DNA from: Minisyncoccia bacterium
Lineage (GTDB): Bacteria > Patescibacteriota > Minisyncoccia > UBA6257 > JAAZHW01
NCBI GenBank assembly: GCA_041550235.1
Contig: JBFEPE010000002.1
Span: forward strand, 909 to 64,908
Length of the DNA: 64,000 nucleotides
Direction of reading: 5' to 3'
Shown: positions 35,900-45,405 of the stretch, piece by piece
How positions within the stretch are numbered: position 1 is the first letter of the stretch
How the letters are laid out: each line of letters begins with the position of its first letter
Position numbers and translations under genes: made by a program
Notes under the pieces: model-generated
The model's input: the letters and a program-made list of their open reading frames with translations, nothing else
Told to the model about the DNA's origin: nothing
Databases searched by the model: none

Positions 35900-38278
35900 A
35901 TTCTTGATTCGCATTACTTTTTTGATGAAGTCGCCAAAGACATCTATGTTTGGCTTTATTTTTTTTAATTGATAATTTTCCAATTCCGCTCCAATTGATA
36001 AATTATTTTCTGACTTATATCTCTTAATCTCATCTATTAAATCCAAAACAATATCAAATTCTACCAAATCCTTTTTCTGACTATTTTCTAAAGATACCTC
36101 ATCAGGCCAATTAGAAATATGAATACTTTTTTGTCCGTCAATATCCCTAAAACCAGATTGATAAATTTCTTCCGTGATAAATGGCATTATCGGAGCAAAT
36201 AATTTTAAGATAGCTAAAAATACCTTATACAAAGTCCATTGAGCCGCAATTTTTGATTCAATATCATCGCCATAAAGCCGATATTTTACAAACTCTAAAT
36301 ATCTATCAGTAAATTTTGACCAAAAGAAATCATCAATATAATTTCTCGCTTTTGCAAATTCGTATTTCTCAAACTCTGTTGTCGCCAATCTAATAGTAGA
36401 ATTAAGTTCATCAATTATCCAATTATCAGAATAATCCAAAGAAGCATCTTTGAATGATTTTTTCTTGCTCAAATCAAAGTCCTCAATTTGCATTGATAAA
36501 AATTTAAAAGCATTCCAAAGTTTTGTAGTTGTTTTTTTACCTTTTTGAATCTCATCTAAACTAAATCTTAAATTTTGACCCAATCCAGCCCCAGTCGCCC
36601 AATAGCGGAATGAATCAGCTCCGTACTCACTTATCACTTCCTCAGGAGGGGTATAATTTTTTAATCTCTTTGATAATTTTTTACCATCTTGTCCCAAGCC
36701 CCATCCGGAAATCATTAAATTTTCAAATGGAATATCATTGAATTGATAGAAACTCTTTACAATAGAATAAAAATCCCATGTCCTTATTATTTCAAAGGCA
36801 TTTGGACGAACAATCGGAGGGTATAATCTTTCTTTGTCTTTTTCTGATTTCACCAATTCTCTTATTAAGAATTGAGTGCATGATGATGTTGCCCATGTAT
36901 CCATCACATCTTCTTCTGGTTTAATATTTTTACTCCCGCATTTTGGACATTTATTAACGGGTGGCTTGTCCTTTATGGGATTAACGGGCAAATCTTTTTC
37001 GTCAGCAAAAATTGGCTCGGAGCATTCCTCACAATACCATATAGGCAATGGCACTCCATAATATCTCTGTCTTGAAATACACCAATCCCACTTCAAAGAA
37101 TTGACCCACAATTCAAGTATTTTAAATTTGTCTTCGGGATGCCATTTTATTTTTTTACCCATTTCCAACCACTTTTCTTTCAATTCAGGGGTAGATATTT
37201 TAATAAACCACTGCTTGCTATTTACAAATTCAACGGGGGTAGAGCATCTTTCATGGACATTAAGAGAATGAGTGATATCTTCTTGTTTTTCAAGAAGGCC
37301 ATCATTTTTTAAATCATCAATTATCTTTTCTCTCGCATCTCTTAAATCTAATCCTTGATATTTTCCAGCTAATTCTCCTAATTTTCCATTTTCTAAAATA
37401 AGTGGTCTCGTATCCAAATTATCTAATTGCCATTTTTCTAAATCTTCTTTGTCTCCCCATGTGCAAACCATCATAATTCCTGTGCCAAAATTAACATCTA
37501 CTTTTTCGCTTGATTTAATTGGGATAGAATAATCAAATAATGGAACTTTTGCCATTTTGTCAATTAAATCAATATATCTCTTGTCGGTTGGATTAACATA
37601 AAGGGCGACACAAGCCGGCAATAATTCGGGTCTTGTGGTGGCAATAGTTAAGCTTGAGCCATCTTCTTCGCCCTTAAAATTTATATAATTAATTTTTGAT
37701 TCTTCTTCTTTGTCTTCTAAGTCGGCTTGAGCAAGGGCGGTTTGACAAGAAGGACACCAGAGGACAGGGGCCTCTTTTTGATATAATGCCTTTTTTTTAT
37801 ATAAATCTATAAGTGATCCTTGGGAAACTTTTGTTGCGAGTGGCGAGATAGTGCTATATGTCCTGCTCCAATCTACTGACACCCCTAAACTAGACCAAAG
37901 TTTTTTGTATGTTTGAGAACTTATTTCTGTTTCTTTTAGGCAAAGTTCAATAAATTCTTTTTTGCTTATTTTTGATTTATCAATATTATATTTTTTTTCA
38001 ACAAATCTTTCGGTGGGCAAACCATTATCATCAAATCCCATAGGATAAAAAACATTAAAGCCCCGCATTCTTTTATATCTCACAATAAATTCGGCTTGGG
38101 CATAAGACATTATGTGCCCGTGGTGGAGGTGGTCGGCTGATGCATAAGGTGGGGGAGTGTCAACAGAAAAAATTTGCCTTTCAGAATTTTCCTCAAAAGC
38201 AAAAATTTTTTCATCTTCCCAATATTTCCTCCACCTCTCCTCACTCTCTTTGAAGTTGTATTTCTTTGATATATCCAT
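35888..38278 (-). CDS. valS: valyl-tRNA synthetase (compact form)
   Basis: HIGH-region PPPYASADHLHHGHIMSYAQAEFIVRYKRMRGFNV, ATTRPELLPACVALYVNPTDKRY, CPSCQ zinc motif, WDWCISRQRYYG, and KLSKR (KMSKS-like). Confidence 0.75.
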   Translation of the reverse strand: MDISKKYNFKESEERWRKYWEDEKIFAFEENSERQIFSVDTPPPYASADHLHHGHIMSYAQAEFIVRYKRMRGFNVFYPMGFDDNGLPTERFVEKKYNIDKSKISKKEFIELCLKETEISSQTYKKLWSSLGVSVDWSRTYSTISPLATKVSQGSLIDLYKKKALYQKEAPVLWCPSCQTALAQADLEDKEEESKINYINFKGEEDGSSLTIATTRPELLPACVALYVNPTDKRYIDLIDKMAKVPLFDYSIPIKSSEKVDVNFGTGIMMVCTWGDKEDLEKWQLDNLDTRPLILENGKLGELAGKYQGLDLRDAREKIIDDLKNDGLLEKQEDITHSLNVHERCSTPVEFVNSKQWFIKISTPELKEKWLEMGKKIKWHPEDKFKILELWVNSLKWDWCISRQRYYGVPLPIWYCEECSEPIFADEKDLPVNPIKDKPPVNKCPKCGSKNIKPEEDVMDTWATSSCTQFLIRELVKSEKDKERLYPPIVRPNAFEIIRTWDFYSIVKSFYQFNDIPFENLMISGWGLGQDGKKLSKRLKNYTPPEEVISEYGADSFRYWATGAGLGQNLRFSLDEIQKGKKTTTKLWNAFKFLSMQIEDFDLSKKKSFKDASLDYSDNWIIDELNSTIRLATTEFEKYEFAKARNYIDDFFWSKFTDRYLEFVKYRLYGDDIESKIAAQWTLYKVFLAILKLFAPIMPFITEEIYQSGFRDIDGQKSIHISNWPDEVSLENSQKKDLVEFDIVLDLIDEIKRYKSENNLSIGAELENYQLKKIKPNIDVFGDFIKKVMRIKNLIV

Positions 38279-38378
38279 ATTTTGATTATATATTAAATTT
38301 CTTAAATCTCAAATTATTGTATTCGCTCGACTACACATATATTAGACCTTTTTGACTTATTTGTGGTAAAATATAAAT

Positions 38379-38846
38379 ATGAAAGTTGGTGATATTATTA
38401 AAAATAAAAAAATTATTATTATTTCGGCAATTATAATTGCCTTGATTATAATTACTCTTATTATTATCAATATATATTTTGGAACTGGAAAGGAAAATAA
38501 TATTCCTCCTGAAAAAACAATTGAGCAATTAACGATGGAGGCGAGGGAATTTTGTTCTCAAAATGGTGGGGAAGTGCAGGGAAGATTTGATAATGAGAGT
38601 AATCAGTATGAGGTTTGTTTTTTTGAGGGCAATAAAGAGTGTGATATTTTTGAAATGAAAAATGGAGATTGTCCGATTGGTGGAAGGCAAATGGTTTTTT
38701 CAGGCCCAAGAGATTATTGTGTTTCAGTAGGCGGAGAATATTTACCAAAGGAAGATGCCTTAATTGAGGATTTATTCATCACAGGAGATTGCATCTTAGA
38801 TAATGGAGAAGTATTGAATGCATTGGGATTATTTAGAAGTAGATAG
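38379..38846 (+). CDS. hypothetical secreted Cys-rich protein
   Basis: 155 aa with an N-terminal TM/signal and 6 Cys in the mature part. Confidence 0.45.
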   Translation: MKVGDIIKNKKIIIISAIIIALIIITLIIINIYFGTGKENNIPPEKTIEQLTMEAREFCSQNGGEVQGRFDNESNQYEVCFFEGNKECDIFEMKNGDCPIGGRQMVFSGPRDYCVSVGGEYLPKEDALIEDLFITGDCILDNGEVLNALGLFRSR

Positions 38847-38926
38847 TTTTTTAAATCATTGCATTGCCCCGCTCCGCCAGAGGCGGATGTGCCACTTTTG
38901 GCGGACAGGAATAACAATAAATAATT

Positions 38927-39457
38927 ATGAGCATCAAGAGAAAAATAATAATCGCAATTTATTATATAATTATTTTATTTGCCTCTATCTTATTATGGGG
39001 TAGGATTGAATACTCACTTTTTCCTAATAACATCAATGATATATTTTTTTCTATCCTATATGCCATTTCTTTTTCCTTGATGGGATTTTCTATTGTTATT
39101 TTTTTCTACAAAAGATTTGATTGGGCGAAAAGAAATGTTGAGCAATATCAAAATGATTTTAAAAATTTTAAATTATTAAATCATTTGGCAATAATAATAT
39201 TGCCAATTATAGAAGAGATTTTCTTTAGAGGGCTTATTCTTTCTTATTTTGGTTTTTGGATTTCAGTGGTTTTGTTTGGATTGCCTCATGCTATTTTTTT
39301 CAGAAAAGAAGCGGTTTCTACATTCATAACGGTATTCTTATGGGGGATAATTTTCAATACCCTTCTTCTAATCACATCATCATTATTAGCCCCAATAATT
39401 TGTCATATTTTAATAGTTTATTATAGGATTATATTCGTTAAGACTTCGACGGAATGA
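38927..39457 (+). CDS. CPBP-family intramembrane metalloprotease (CAAX protease/Abi-like)
   Basis: IIEEIFFRGLIL (EExxxR) and FGLPHAIFF motifs. Confidence 0.7.
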   Translation: MSIKRKIIIAIYYIIILFASILLWGRIEYSLFPNNINDIFFSILYAISFSLMGFSIVIFFYKRFDWAKRNVEQYQNDFKNFKLLNHLAIIILPIIEEIFFRGLILSYFGFWISVVLFGLPHAIFFRKEAVSTFITVFLWGIIFNTLLLITSSLLAPIICHILIVYYRIIFVKTSTE

Positions 39458-39630
39458 AATAAATTATAAATAATTTAAACATCCCAGCCATGTTGAAATT
39501 GCGAAGCAATTTTTTACATGGCGGGCGAAGTAAAAATATGAGTGAAAATATAGAATCATATAAATACACCGTTTTTTTGGCAGGCAGAGATTTTTTGCTC
39601 CAATGATTTAAATATGATAAAATTATTTAT

Positions 39631-41019
39631 ATGGCTAAAAATAATCCAAAAATTCATTTCTTTGGAGGAGCAAGGAAGGTAGATGGCTCTAACTATATGT
39701 TAGAAGTTGGAAAAGATAAAATATTAATTGATGTCGGACTTCATCAATCAGGCGACTCAAGAGAATTAAATTTAAAAAAATTTCCATTTAATCCAAAAGA
39801 AATTAAGGTAATTATAATCACTCATGCTCACATAGACCATGTTGGTTTGTTGCCACGATTATACAAGGAGGGATTTAGAGGAAAAATATATAGCACTCCT
39901 CCAACAAAAAGTTTTGCCGAAATAATGCTGGAGGACTCCCAAAGAATTTTAGAAAAAGAGGAAAAAATTGCTCCATATTCAATAGAAGATATTCAGAAAA
40001 CATTAGATTTATGGGAGACGATGGAATATCATATCAATAAGGAAATATCTCCTAATATTTCATTTGTTTTTTATAATGCCGGTCATATTTTAGGCTCGGT
40101 CATCACTTTAGTTACTGCCAAGCCATCGCCTCAAGAAGAGACAAAAATTGTATTTTCGGGCGATCTAGGGAATTCATATAATATGCTTTTTCCTGAGCCG
40201 GAGAAATTATCCGAAGGAGATTATTGTTTAATAGAATCAACTTATGGCGACCGGCTTCATGAGGATTTAGGAAGCAAGAAGGATATATTGGAAGATATTA
40301 TTGAGGAAACTGCGAGGAACAATGGTGTCTTGATGATTCCTGCCTTTGCAATGGAAAGAACTCAGGAATTACTTTTTGAATTGAATGAATTAATTCAAAA
40401 AGAAAAAATACCTCAACTGCCAATATTTGTAGATAGCCCGCTTGCGACAAAGATAACAAATGTTCATAGAAAATATCAATCATATTTCAGATTAGAAGCA
40501 TTTAAAGTAGTAGATAGAGACCCAGATGGATTCTTTAATTTCCCTGGATTAAAATTTACCCTTTCTACTGATGAATCAAAATCTATAAATGATATCCCTG
40601 CTCCTAAAATTATTGTGGCAGGGTCTGGTTCATCTCAAGGAGGGAGAATTATTCATCATGAGAAAAGATATTTGCCTGACCCGAACAGCACATTACTTGT
40701 AGTTGGATATCAGATGAAGGGTAGTTTGGGAAGGCGATTAATTGAGGGAGAAAAAAAGGTGAGAATTCATGGAGAGGATGTTTTGGTGAGGGCAAAAATA
40801 GAAATGATAAGTGCTTATAGCGCTCATGCTGATCAAAAGCAACTTTTAAATTGGCTAAAGCCAATGAGATTTTCTTTGAAGAAATTATTTGTCGTTCAAG
40901 GTGATGAGGAATCAAGTATGGCCTTCGCGGAAAAATCAAGGAATTCGTTTGGAATTGATGCAGTCATCCCCGTCCATGGTCAGGTGATAGAGCTAGAGAC
41001 AAGACGAATTGAGAAATAG
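39631..41019 (+). CDS. MBL-fold beta-CASP ribonuclease (RNase J/CPSF-like)
   Basis: ITHAHIDHVGLLPRL (HxHxDH), YSTPPTKSF, and C-terminal beta-CASP His (SAHADQ). Confidence 0.7.
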   Translation: MAKNNPKIHFFGGARKVDGSNYMLEVGKDKILIDVGLHQSGDSRELNLKKFPFNPKEIKVIIITHAHIDHVGLLPRLYKEGFRGKIYSTPPTKSFAEIMLEDSQRILEKEEKIAPYSIEDIQKTLDLWETMEYHINKEISPNISFVFYNAGHILGSVITLVTAKPSPQEETKIVFSGDLGNSYNMLFPEPEKLSEGDYCLIESTYGDRLHEDLGSKKDILEDIIEETARNNGVLMIPAFAMERTQELLFELNELIQKEKIPQLPIFVDSPLATKITNVHRKYQSYFRLEAFKVVDRDPDGFFNFPGLKFTLSTDESKSINDIPAPKIIVAGSGSSQGGRIIHHEKRYLPDPNSTLLVVGYQMKGSLGRRLIEGEKKVRIHGEDVLVRAKIEMISAYSAHADQKQLLNWLKPMRFSLKKLFVVQGDEESSMAFAEKSRNSFGIDAVIPVHGQVIELETRRIEK

Positions 41020-41033
41020 TAAGGTGCAATACT

Positions 41034-41762
41034 ATGATATCAAAAAAAATAAGGATTATTTTTGAAAATGAGAATTTCTTAATAATTGATAAGTCAAGTG
41101 GCTTATTAGTTCATTCTATATCAAGCAAGGCAAGGGGTAATGAAAAAACATTAGTTGATTGGTTAATAAATAAATATCCTAATATAAAAGATGTTGGCGA
41201 AAATATTATTCGCCCGGGAATAGTTCATAGATTAGATAGAAACACATCAGGAATTATGATAATTGCTAAAAATAATGAAGCATTTTTTTATTTCAAAAAA
41301 CTTTTTCAAGAAAGAAAGATAAGGAAAAAATATTTAACATTGGTTTGGGGGTTATTAAAGGAAAAAGGGGGGATTATAGATAAGCCAATTGGCAGGATAA
41401 GGGCGGCCACCAAAAGATCAGTTTTAGCTAAAAATATTAGCAATATCAAAGAAGCCATCACGGAATATAAATTGATTAAGGTTTTCAAAGATAAAGAGGG
41501 CAGAGAGTTTTCTCTATTAGAGGTGAGTCCGAAAACAGGGAGAACAAATCAGATAAGGGTTCATCTTCAATATTTAGGTCATCCAATAGTTGGCGATGAT
41601 ATTTATAGCCCTAAAAAATTGGTCGCTCCAAGCGGATTAGATAGAATGTTTCTTCACGCTTTTTCTTTAGAATTTAATTCAATAAGTGGAGAAAGATTTT
41701 TATTTGAAGCAAATCTTCCCCAAGAATTAGAAATTTTTTTATCAGATTTAGAGAAGCAATAG
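41034..41762 (+). CDS. RluA-family pseudouridine synthase
   Basis: Catalytic motif HRLDRNTSGIMIIAKN. Confidence 0.8.
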   Translation: MISKKIRIIFENENFLIIDKSSGLLVHSISSKARGNEKTLVDWLINKYPNIKDVGENIIRPGIVHRLDRNTSGIMIIAKNNEAFFYFKKLFQERKIRKKYLTLVWGLLKEKGGIIDKPIGRIRAATKRSVLAKNISNIKEAITEYKLIKVFKDKEGREFSLLEVSPKTGRTNQIRVHLQYLGHPIVGDDIYSPKKLVAPSGLDRMFLHAFSLEFNSISGERFLFEANLPQELEIFLSDLEKQ

Positions 41763-41913
41763 ATAATATTTTCCATTGATTTTAAATTAAAATAATTTAA
41801 GATGTATAAATAATAATAAACTGAGGCATCCTCCCTCGCCCGTCAAAGGCGGATGTGCCACCTACGGCGAGGGGGGATGTGAAACTTTATAATTTAGCAA
41901 AATAAAAATAATA

Positions 41914-43230
41914 ATGAATAAAATAAATAAAATATCAAAAGCGAGGATGGTGTGGTGGTTAATATTGATAATCATCGTCTCTTTAGTGGCGGGAGCATTT
42001 AGTTACGGCGAAAAAATAACTTTTATTCCCGAATGGATGAAGAAGCCATTTAGATTAGGGTTGGACTTATCGGGCGGAGCCCACTTGCTTTACGAAGTGG
42101 ATATGAGCCAAGTTGATGAGAAAGACAGAGGCGATGTCGCATCAGGACTTAGAGATGTGATTGAAAGAAGAGTAAATCTTTTTGGAGTAGCGGAACCAAG
42201 AGTAGAGAGTGTGAGGGTCAAAGAGGATTATCGTCTCAATGTGGAATTAGCCGGAGTGAAGGATATATCTTTAGCAGTAGCAATGATAGGGGAGACGCCA
42301 TATTTAGAATTTAGAGAGCAAAGAACAGAAGACGAGACAGCAATGATATTAGAGGAGCAAGAAAAAGAAGGAGGAGAGCAATATTTAGGGATTGACCCAT
42401 ATTTTGTTCCATCAACCCCATCACTCACAGGAAAATATTTGAAGTCGGCTCAATTAGATTTTGACCAAACAACATTTGAGCCAATAGTTAATTTGCAATT
42501 CACTGATGAGGGAGGAGATATTTTTGCTGAATTAACAAGGGAAAATAAGGGCAAGATGTTGGCTATTTATTTAGACGGATATCCAATATCAACCCCAGTC
42601 GTGAGAGATGAGATATTGGATGGAAGTGCCCAAATATCAGGAAGATTTACTTCTCAAGAAGCAAAAGAATTAGTGCGAAGGCTTAATGCTGGAGCATTGC
42701 CAGCACCAATTAATCTCATATCTCAGCAAACAGTTGGAGCAAGTTTAGGTCAAGAATCATTAGGGCTTATCGTTAAGGCGGGGGTTATTGGAATATTAGC
42801 AGTAGGGGTATTTATGATTCTTTATTATCAATTATTTGGTCTCTTCGCCGCTATTGCTCTTGCAATTTACACGGCTTTGTCTTTGGCAATATTTAAATTT
42901 ATTCCGGTCACTCTCACATTGTCAGGAGTAGCGGGCTTTATTTTGTCTATCGGAATGGCGGTTGATGCTAATATTTTAATATTTGAAAGAACAAAGGAAG
43001 AGTTGAAAAAGGGGTTAAGTAAGATGAGGGCGATAGAGGAAGGTTTTCAGAGGGCATGGCTTTCTATAAGAGATTCTAATATTTCTACAATAATTACTTG
43101 TTTGGTTTTGTATAATTTTACGACATCTATCATAAAGGGGTTTGCCCTCACTCTTCTTATTGGAGTCCTTATCAGCATGTTTACCGCCATCACCGTCACC
43201 CGAACATTTCTAAGAGTCTTTCATAAGTAA
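41914..43230 (+). CDS. secD: protein translocase subunit SecD
   Basis: LGLDLSGGAHLLYEVD, plus the C-terminal six-TM bundle. Confidence 0.85.
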   Translation: MNKINKISKARMVWWLILIIIVSLVAGAFSYGEKITFIPEWMKKPFRLGLDLSGGAHLLYEVDMSQVDEKDRGDVASGLRDVIERRVNLFGVAEPRVESVRVKEDYRLNVELAGVKDISLAVAMIGETPYLEFREQRTEDETAMILEEQEKEGGEQYLGIDPYFVPSTPSLTGKYLKSAQLDFDQTTFEPIVNLQFTDEGGDIFAELTRENKGKMLAIYLDGYPISTPVVRDEILDGSAQISGRFTSQEAKELVRRLNAGALPAPINLISQQTVGASLGQESLGLIVKAGVIGILAVGVFMILYYQLFGLFAAIALAIYTALSLAIFKFIPVTLTLSGVAGFILSIGMAVDANILIFERTKEELKKGLSKMRAIEEGFQRAWLSIRDSNISTIITCLVLYNFTTSIIKGFALTLLIGVLISMFTAITVTRTFLRVFHK

Positions 43231-43299
43231 TAATAAAATTTTTTTATCATCTTGTTTGTTGTCCTTGTATCTCTCTCTGTCGTCCCCGTATTTTCCCTC

Positions 43300-43390
43300 C
43301 TTGTCACCCCCGCGAAGGCGGGGGTCTAAAAAGATGGCAAGTGGGTGGTGGTAGCGAGGCAGAGATTCCTGCCTTCGCAGGAATGACAAG
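43300..43390. repeat. about 91-bp MITE-like element with CTTGTCA/TGACAAG termini and two internal hairpins (CACCCCCGCGAAGGCGGGGGTCTAAAAA; CTGCCTTCGCAGG)
   Basis: Related copies at 57933-58008 and 63527-63623. Confidence 0.5.
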
Positions 43391-43416
43391 TTTAATTTTG
43401 TTGATTAATTAATAAT

Positions 43417-43950
43417 ATGAGTGATGATGTCTTTAATAGATTAGAAAAAGATTTGTATATTAAATTATTGGATTATGGATTTAAAAATCCACAGGGGTTT
43501 AATTTTAAAACAATTAAGGAGTATTTGAAATTGAATGAATATGATGAGAGGATATTGGAGATAAATATTGAGAATGCATTTATTAACACTAGAAATCGCG
43601 ATGTTGATAGTAAGGCCGCTGTTCAAGAGACAATCTTTCTATGCCTTGCTGATAGGCAGGGTCGTCATTTTGATGAGGGAAAAAAATATGTCCTCACTCT
43701 TGAGGCGAGGGGAAAATATATTGATTATTTAGAACTAACAGAGGCGAGAAAATTTTCACAAAAAGCATCGCTGGATGCAAAAAGGGCAATAAATATTGCA
43801 AAATGGGCATTGATAGTTTCAATTATTATCGCATTCATTTCAATTATATTTTCACTTATTCAAATATTAAGACCTATAAAAATAGACAAAAGCCAATTTA
43901 ATCAAGTTATAGAATATTTAGATAATGGAATGGAGAATGCCACAAAATAA
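43417..43950 (+). CDS. hypothetical protein with C-terminal TM anchor (177 aa)
   Basis: First gene of the secD-secF intervening cluster. Confidence 0.45.
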   Translation: MSDDVFNRLEKDLYIKLLDYGFKNPQGFNFKTIKEYLKLNEYDERILEINIENAFINTRNRDVDSKAAVQETIFLCLADRQGRHFDEGKKYVLTLEARGKYIDYLELTEARKFSQKASLDAKRAINIAKWALIVSIIIAFISIIFSLIQILRPIKIDKSQFNQVIEYLDNGMENATK

Positions 43951-44011
43951 GGGGTAGATAAATCTTTCCGCATCAACCCCCTTGACTTATTTTAAATATA
44001 TGTTATAATCC

Positions 44012-44197
44012 TTGTGGGAGGTTAAAATGAGTGATTTTAATAAAATAAATAATATGCCGGAAAAAACCGTGAGCCAGTTAGAAAAAAAGATAGTGGTCAT
44101 TAAAGAATTGATTGGAAGATTGTCTGGGATTAAAAAAATTGAAACTCAGGCAATGCTGAAAACTTTTTATGTAAAATTAGAGAATTTAAAAAAATAA
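44012..44197 (+). CDS. hypothetical 61-aa protein
   Basis: ORF followed by a terminator. Confidence 0.35.
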   Translation: MWEVKMSDFNKINNMPEKTVSQLEKKIVVIKELIGRLSGIKKIETQAMLKTFYVKLENLKK

Positions 44198-44229
44198 TAG
44201 GCTTGATAATTTATTATCTTGTCTATAAA

Positions 44230-44261
44230 AAACAAGGCTAAATGTTTGGCCTTGTTTTTTA
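44230..44261 (+). terminator. rho-independent terminator ACAAGGC..GCCTTGT + T6
   Basis: AAAAACAAGGCTAAATGTTTGGCCTTGTTTTTT. Confidence 0.7.
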
Positions 44262-44313
44262 ATTATTAATTTTTTCTTTGTGTTTTTTATTTATATAGAT
44301 ATAATAGTAATAT

Positions 44314-44700
44314 ATGAAAGTTAAATTAAATTTTTTACATATCTGCGATGAGGTAATTGCCTCTATTGATGGAAAAATAAGCATTATAGGAATGTTTTCC
44401 GTTATTAATACCTTAAAGGTCCCAGCAAACCACCCAAAATTTTATATAATGGTTAATATGACTGCTGATCCGGGCAAATATGATCAATTAATAGAAATAG
44501 TGTCGCCAAGTGGCAGGGTTGTTTCTAAAATAGAAGGAAAATCGGTAATAATTAAAGAGGGTGGGGTAAGTAATTTTATTGCAAACTTCGTAAATACTCC
44601 ATTGCCCGAATTAGGCAGGTATAAGATTAGGGTCTCTGTTGAGGGGGAAATTTTAAGCGATGATGAGGGCTATTTCTTTGATGTTATAAAAAAAGCATAA
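44314..44700 (+). CDS. hypothetical 128-aa protein
   Basis: Coding-like composition. Unknown family. Confidence 0.45.
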   Translation: MKVKLNFLHICDEVIASIDGKISIIGMFSVINTLKVPANHPKFYIMVNMTADPGKYDQLIEIVSPSGRVVSKIEGKSVIIKEGGVSNFIANFVNTPLPELGRYKIRVSVEGEILSDDEGYFFDVIKKA

Positions 44701-44707
44701 TAATTAT

Positions 44708-45100
44708 ATGAACTATACTTTCTTACAAAAAAGACCATTGTTTTTATATGATAAAGTTTCAAATTCTAGTCAATCACTAGATGAGGTTGTTTTTTCTGAA
44801 AATTATCTTGAAAATTCAAGGGGTTTATTAATTTTTAATTTGAGTTCTGATAAGATATATTTAAAAAATGCCCCGCTATTTATTGACAGAGATGTAGATG
44901 AAGATGGGAATATTATTTATTCAAATTCAGATTTAGAAATATTTGGTTATGGCGATACCGACGAGGAGGCAAGAGCGGATTTTGAAAAAGTATTAGAGGA
45001 TTTATATATTTGTTTTAATCAAGAAAAAGAAAAAAATAATCTTCACAATAATGCAATTCCACTTTGGAATCTTTTGGATAATATTTTAAAAGAGAAGTAA
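44708..45100 (+). CDS. HicB/UPF0150-like antitoxin candidate
   Basis: LEIFGYGDTDEEARADFEKVLEDLY resembles the conserved HicB segment (..GxTxEEAxxNxKEAI..LE). Confidence 0.4.
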   Translation: MNYTFLQKRPLFLYDKVSNSSQSLDEVVFSENYLENSRGLLIFNLSSDKIYLKNAPLFIDRDVDEDGNIIYSNSDLEIFGYGDTDEEARADFEKVLEDLYICFNQEKEKNNLHNNAIPLWNLLDNILKEK

Positions 45101-45106
45101 TACATC

Positions 45107-45385
45107 ATGCAATTAAAAATAAAAGAAGCAAAAAGGGTCATTGATAAATTAGAGATGAGGGGGAGAGAGGGGAATGATACTCTCTGTTATTTTTATCACG
45201 AGGGAAAAATGACTAATATATTTACTAGAATCCCCCACAAAAACGGAGATTTAAAAGGCAAGTTGCCCGATTTCATACGACAGCAATTAAAATTAAATGA
45301 AGAAGATTTTCTGAATTTGAAAAAATGTTCATTGAGTAAAGAAGGATACATTGAAATATTAAAAGAAAAAGGGATAATTGATTAA
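45107..45385 (+). CDS. HicA-like toxin candidate
   Basis: CYFYHEGKMTNIFTRIPHKNGDLKGKLPDFIRQQLKL resembles the HicA C-terminus (..H...G...T.P.H..kel..gtl..Ilkq). Confidence 0.4.
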   Translation: MQLKIKEAKRVIDKLEMRGREGNDTLCYFYHEGKMTNIFTRIPHKNGDLKGKLPDFIRQQLKLNEEDFLNLKKCSLSKEGYIEILKEKGIID

Positions 45386-45405
45386 AATAATAATAATAAA
45401 AAAAT

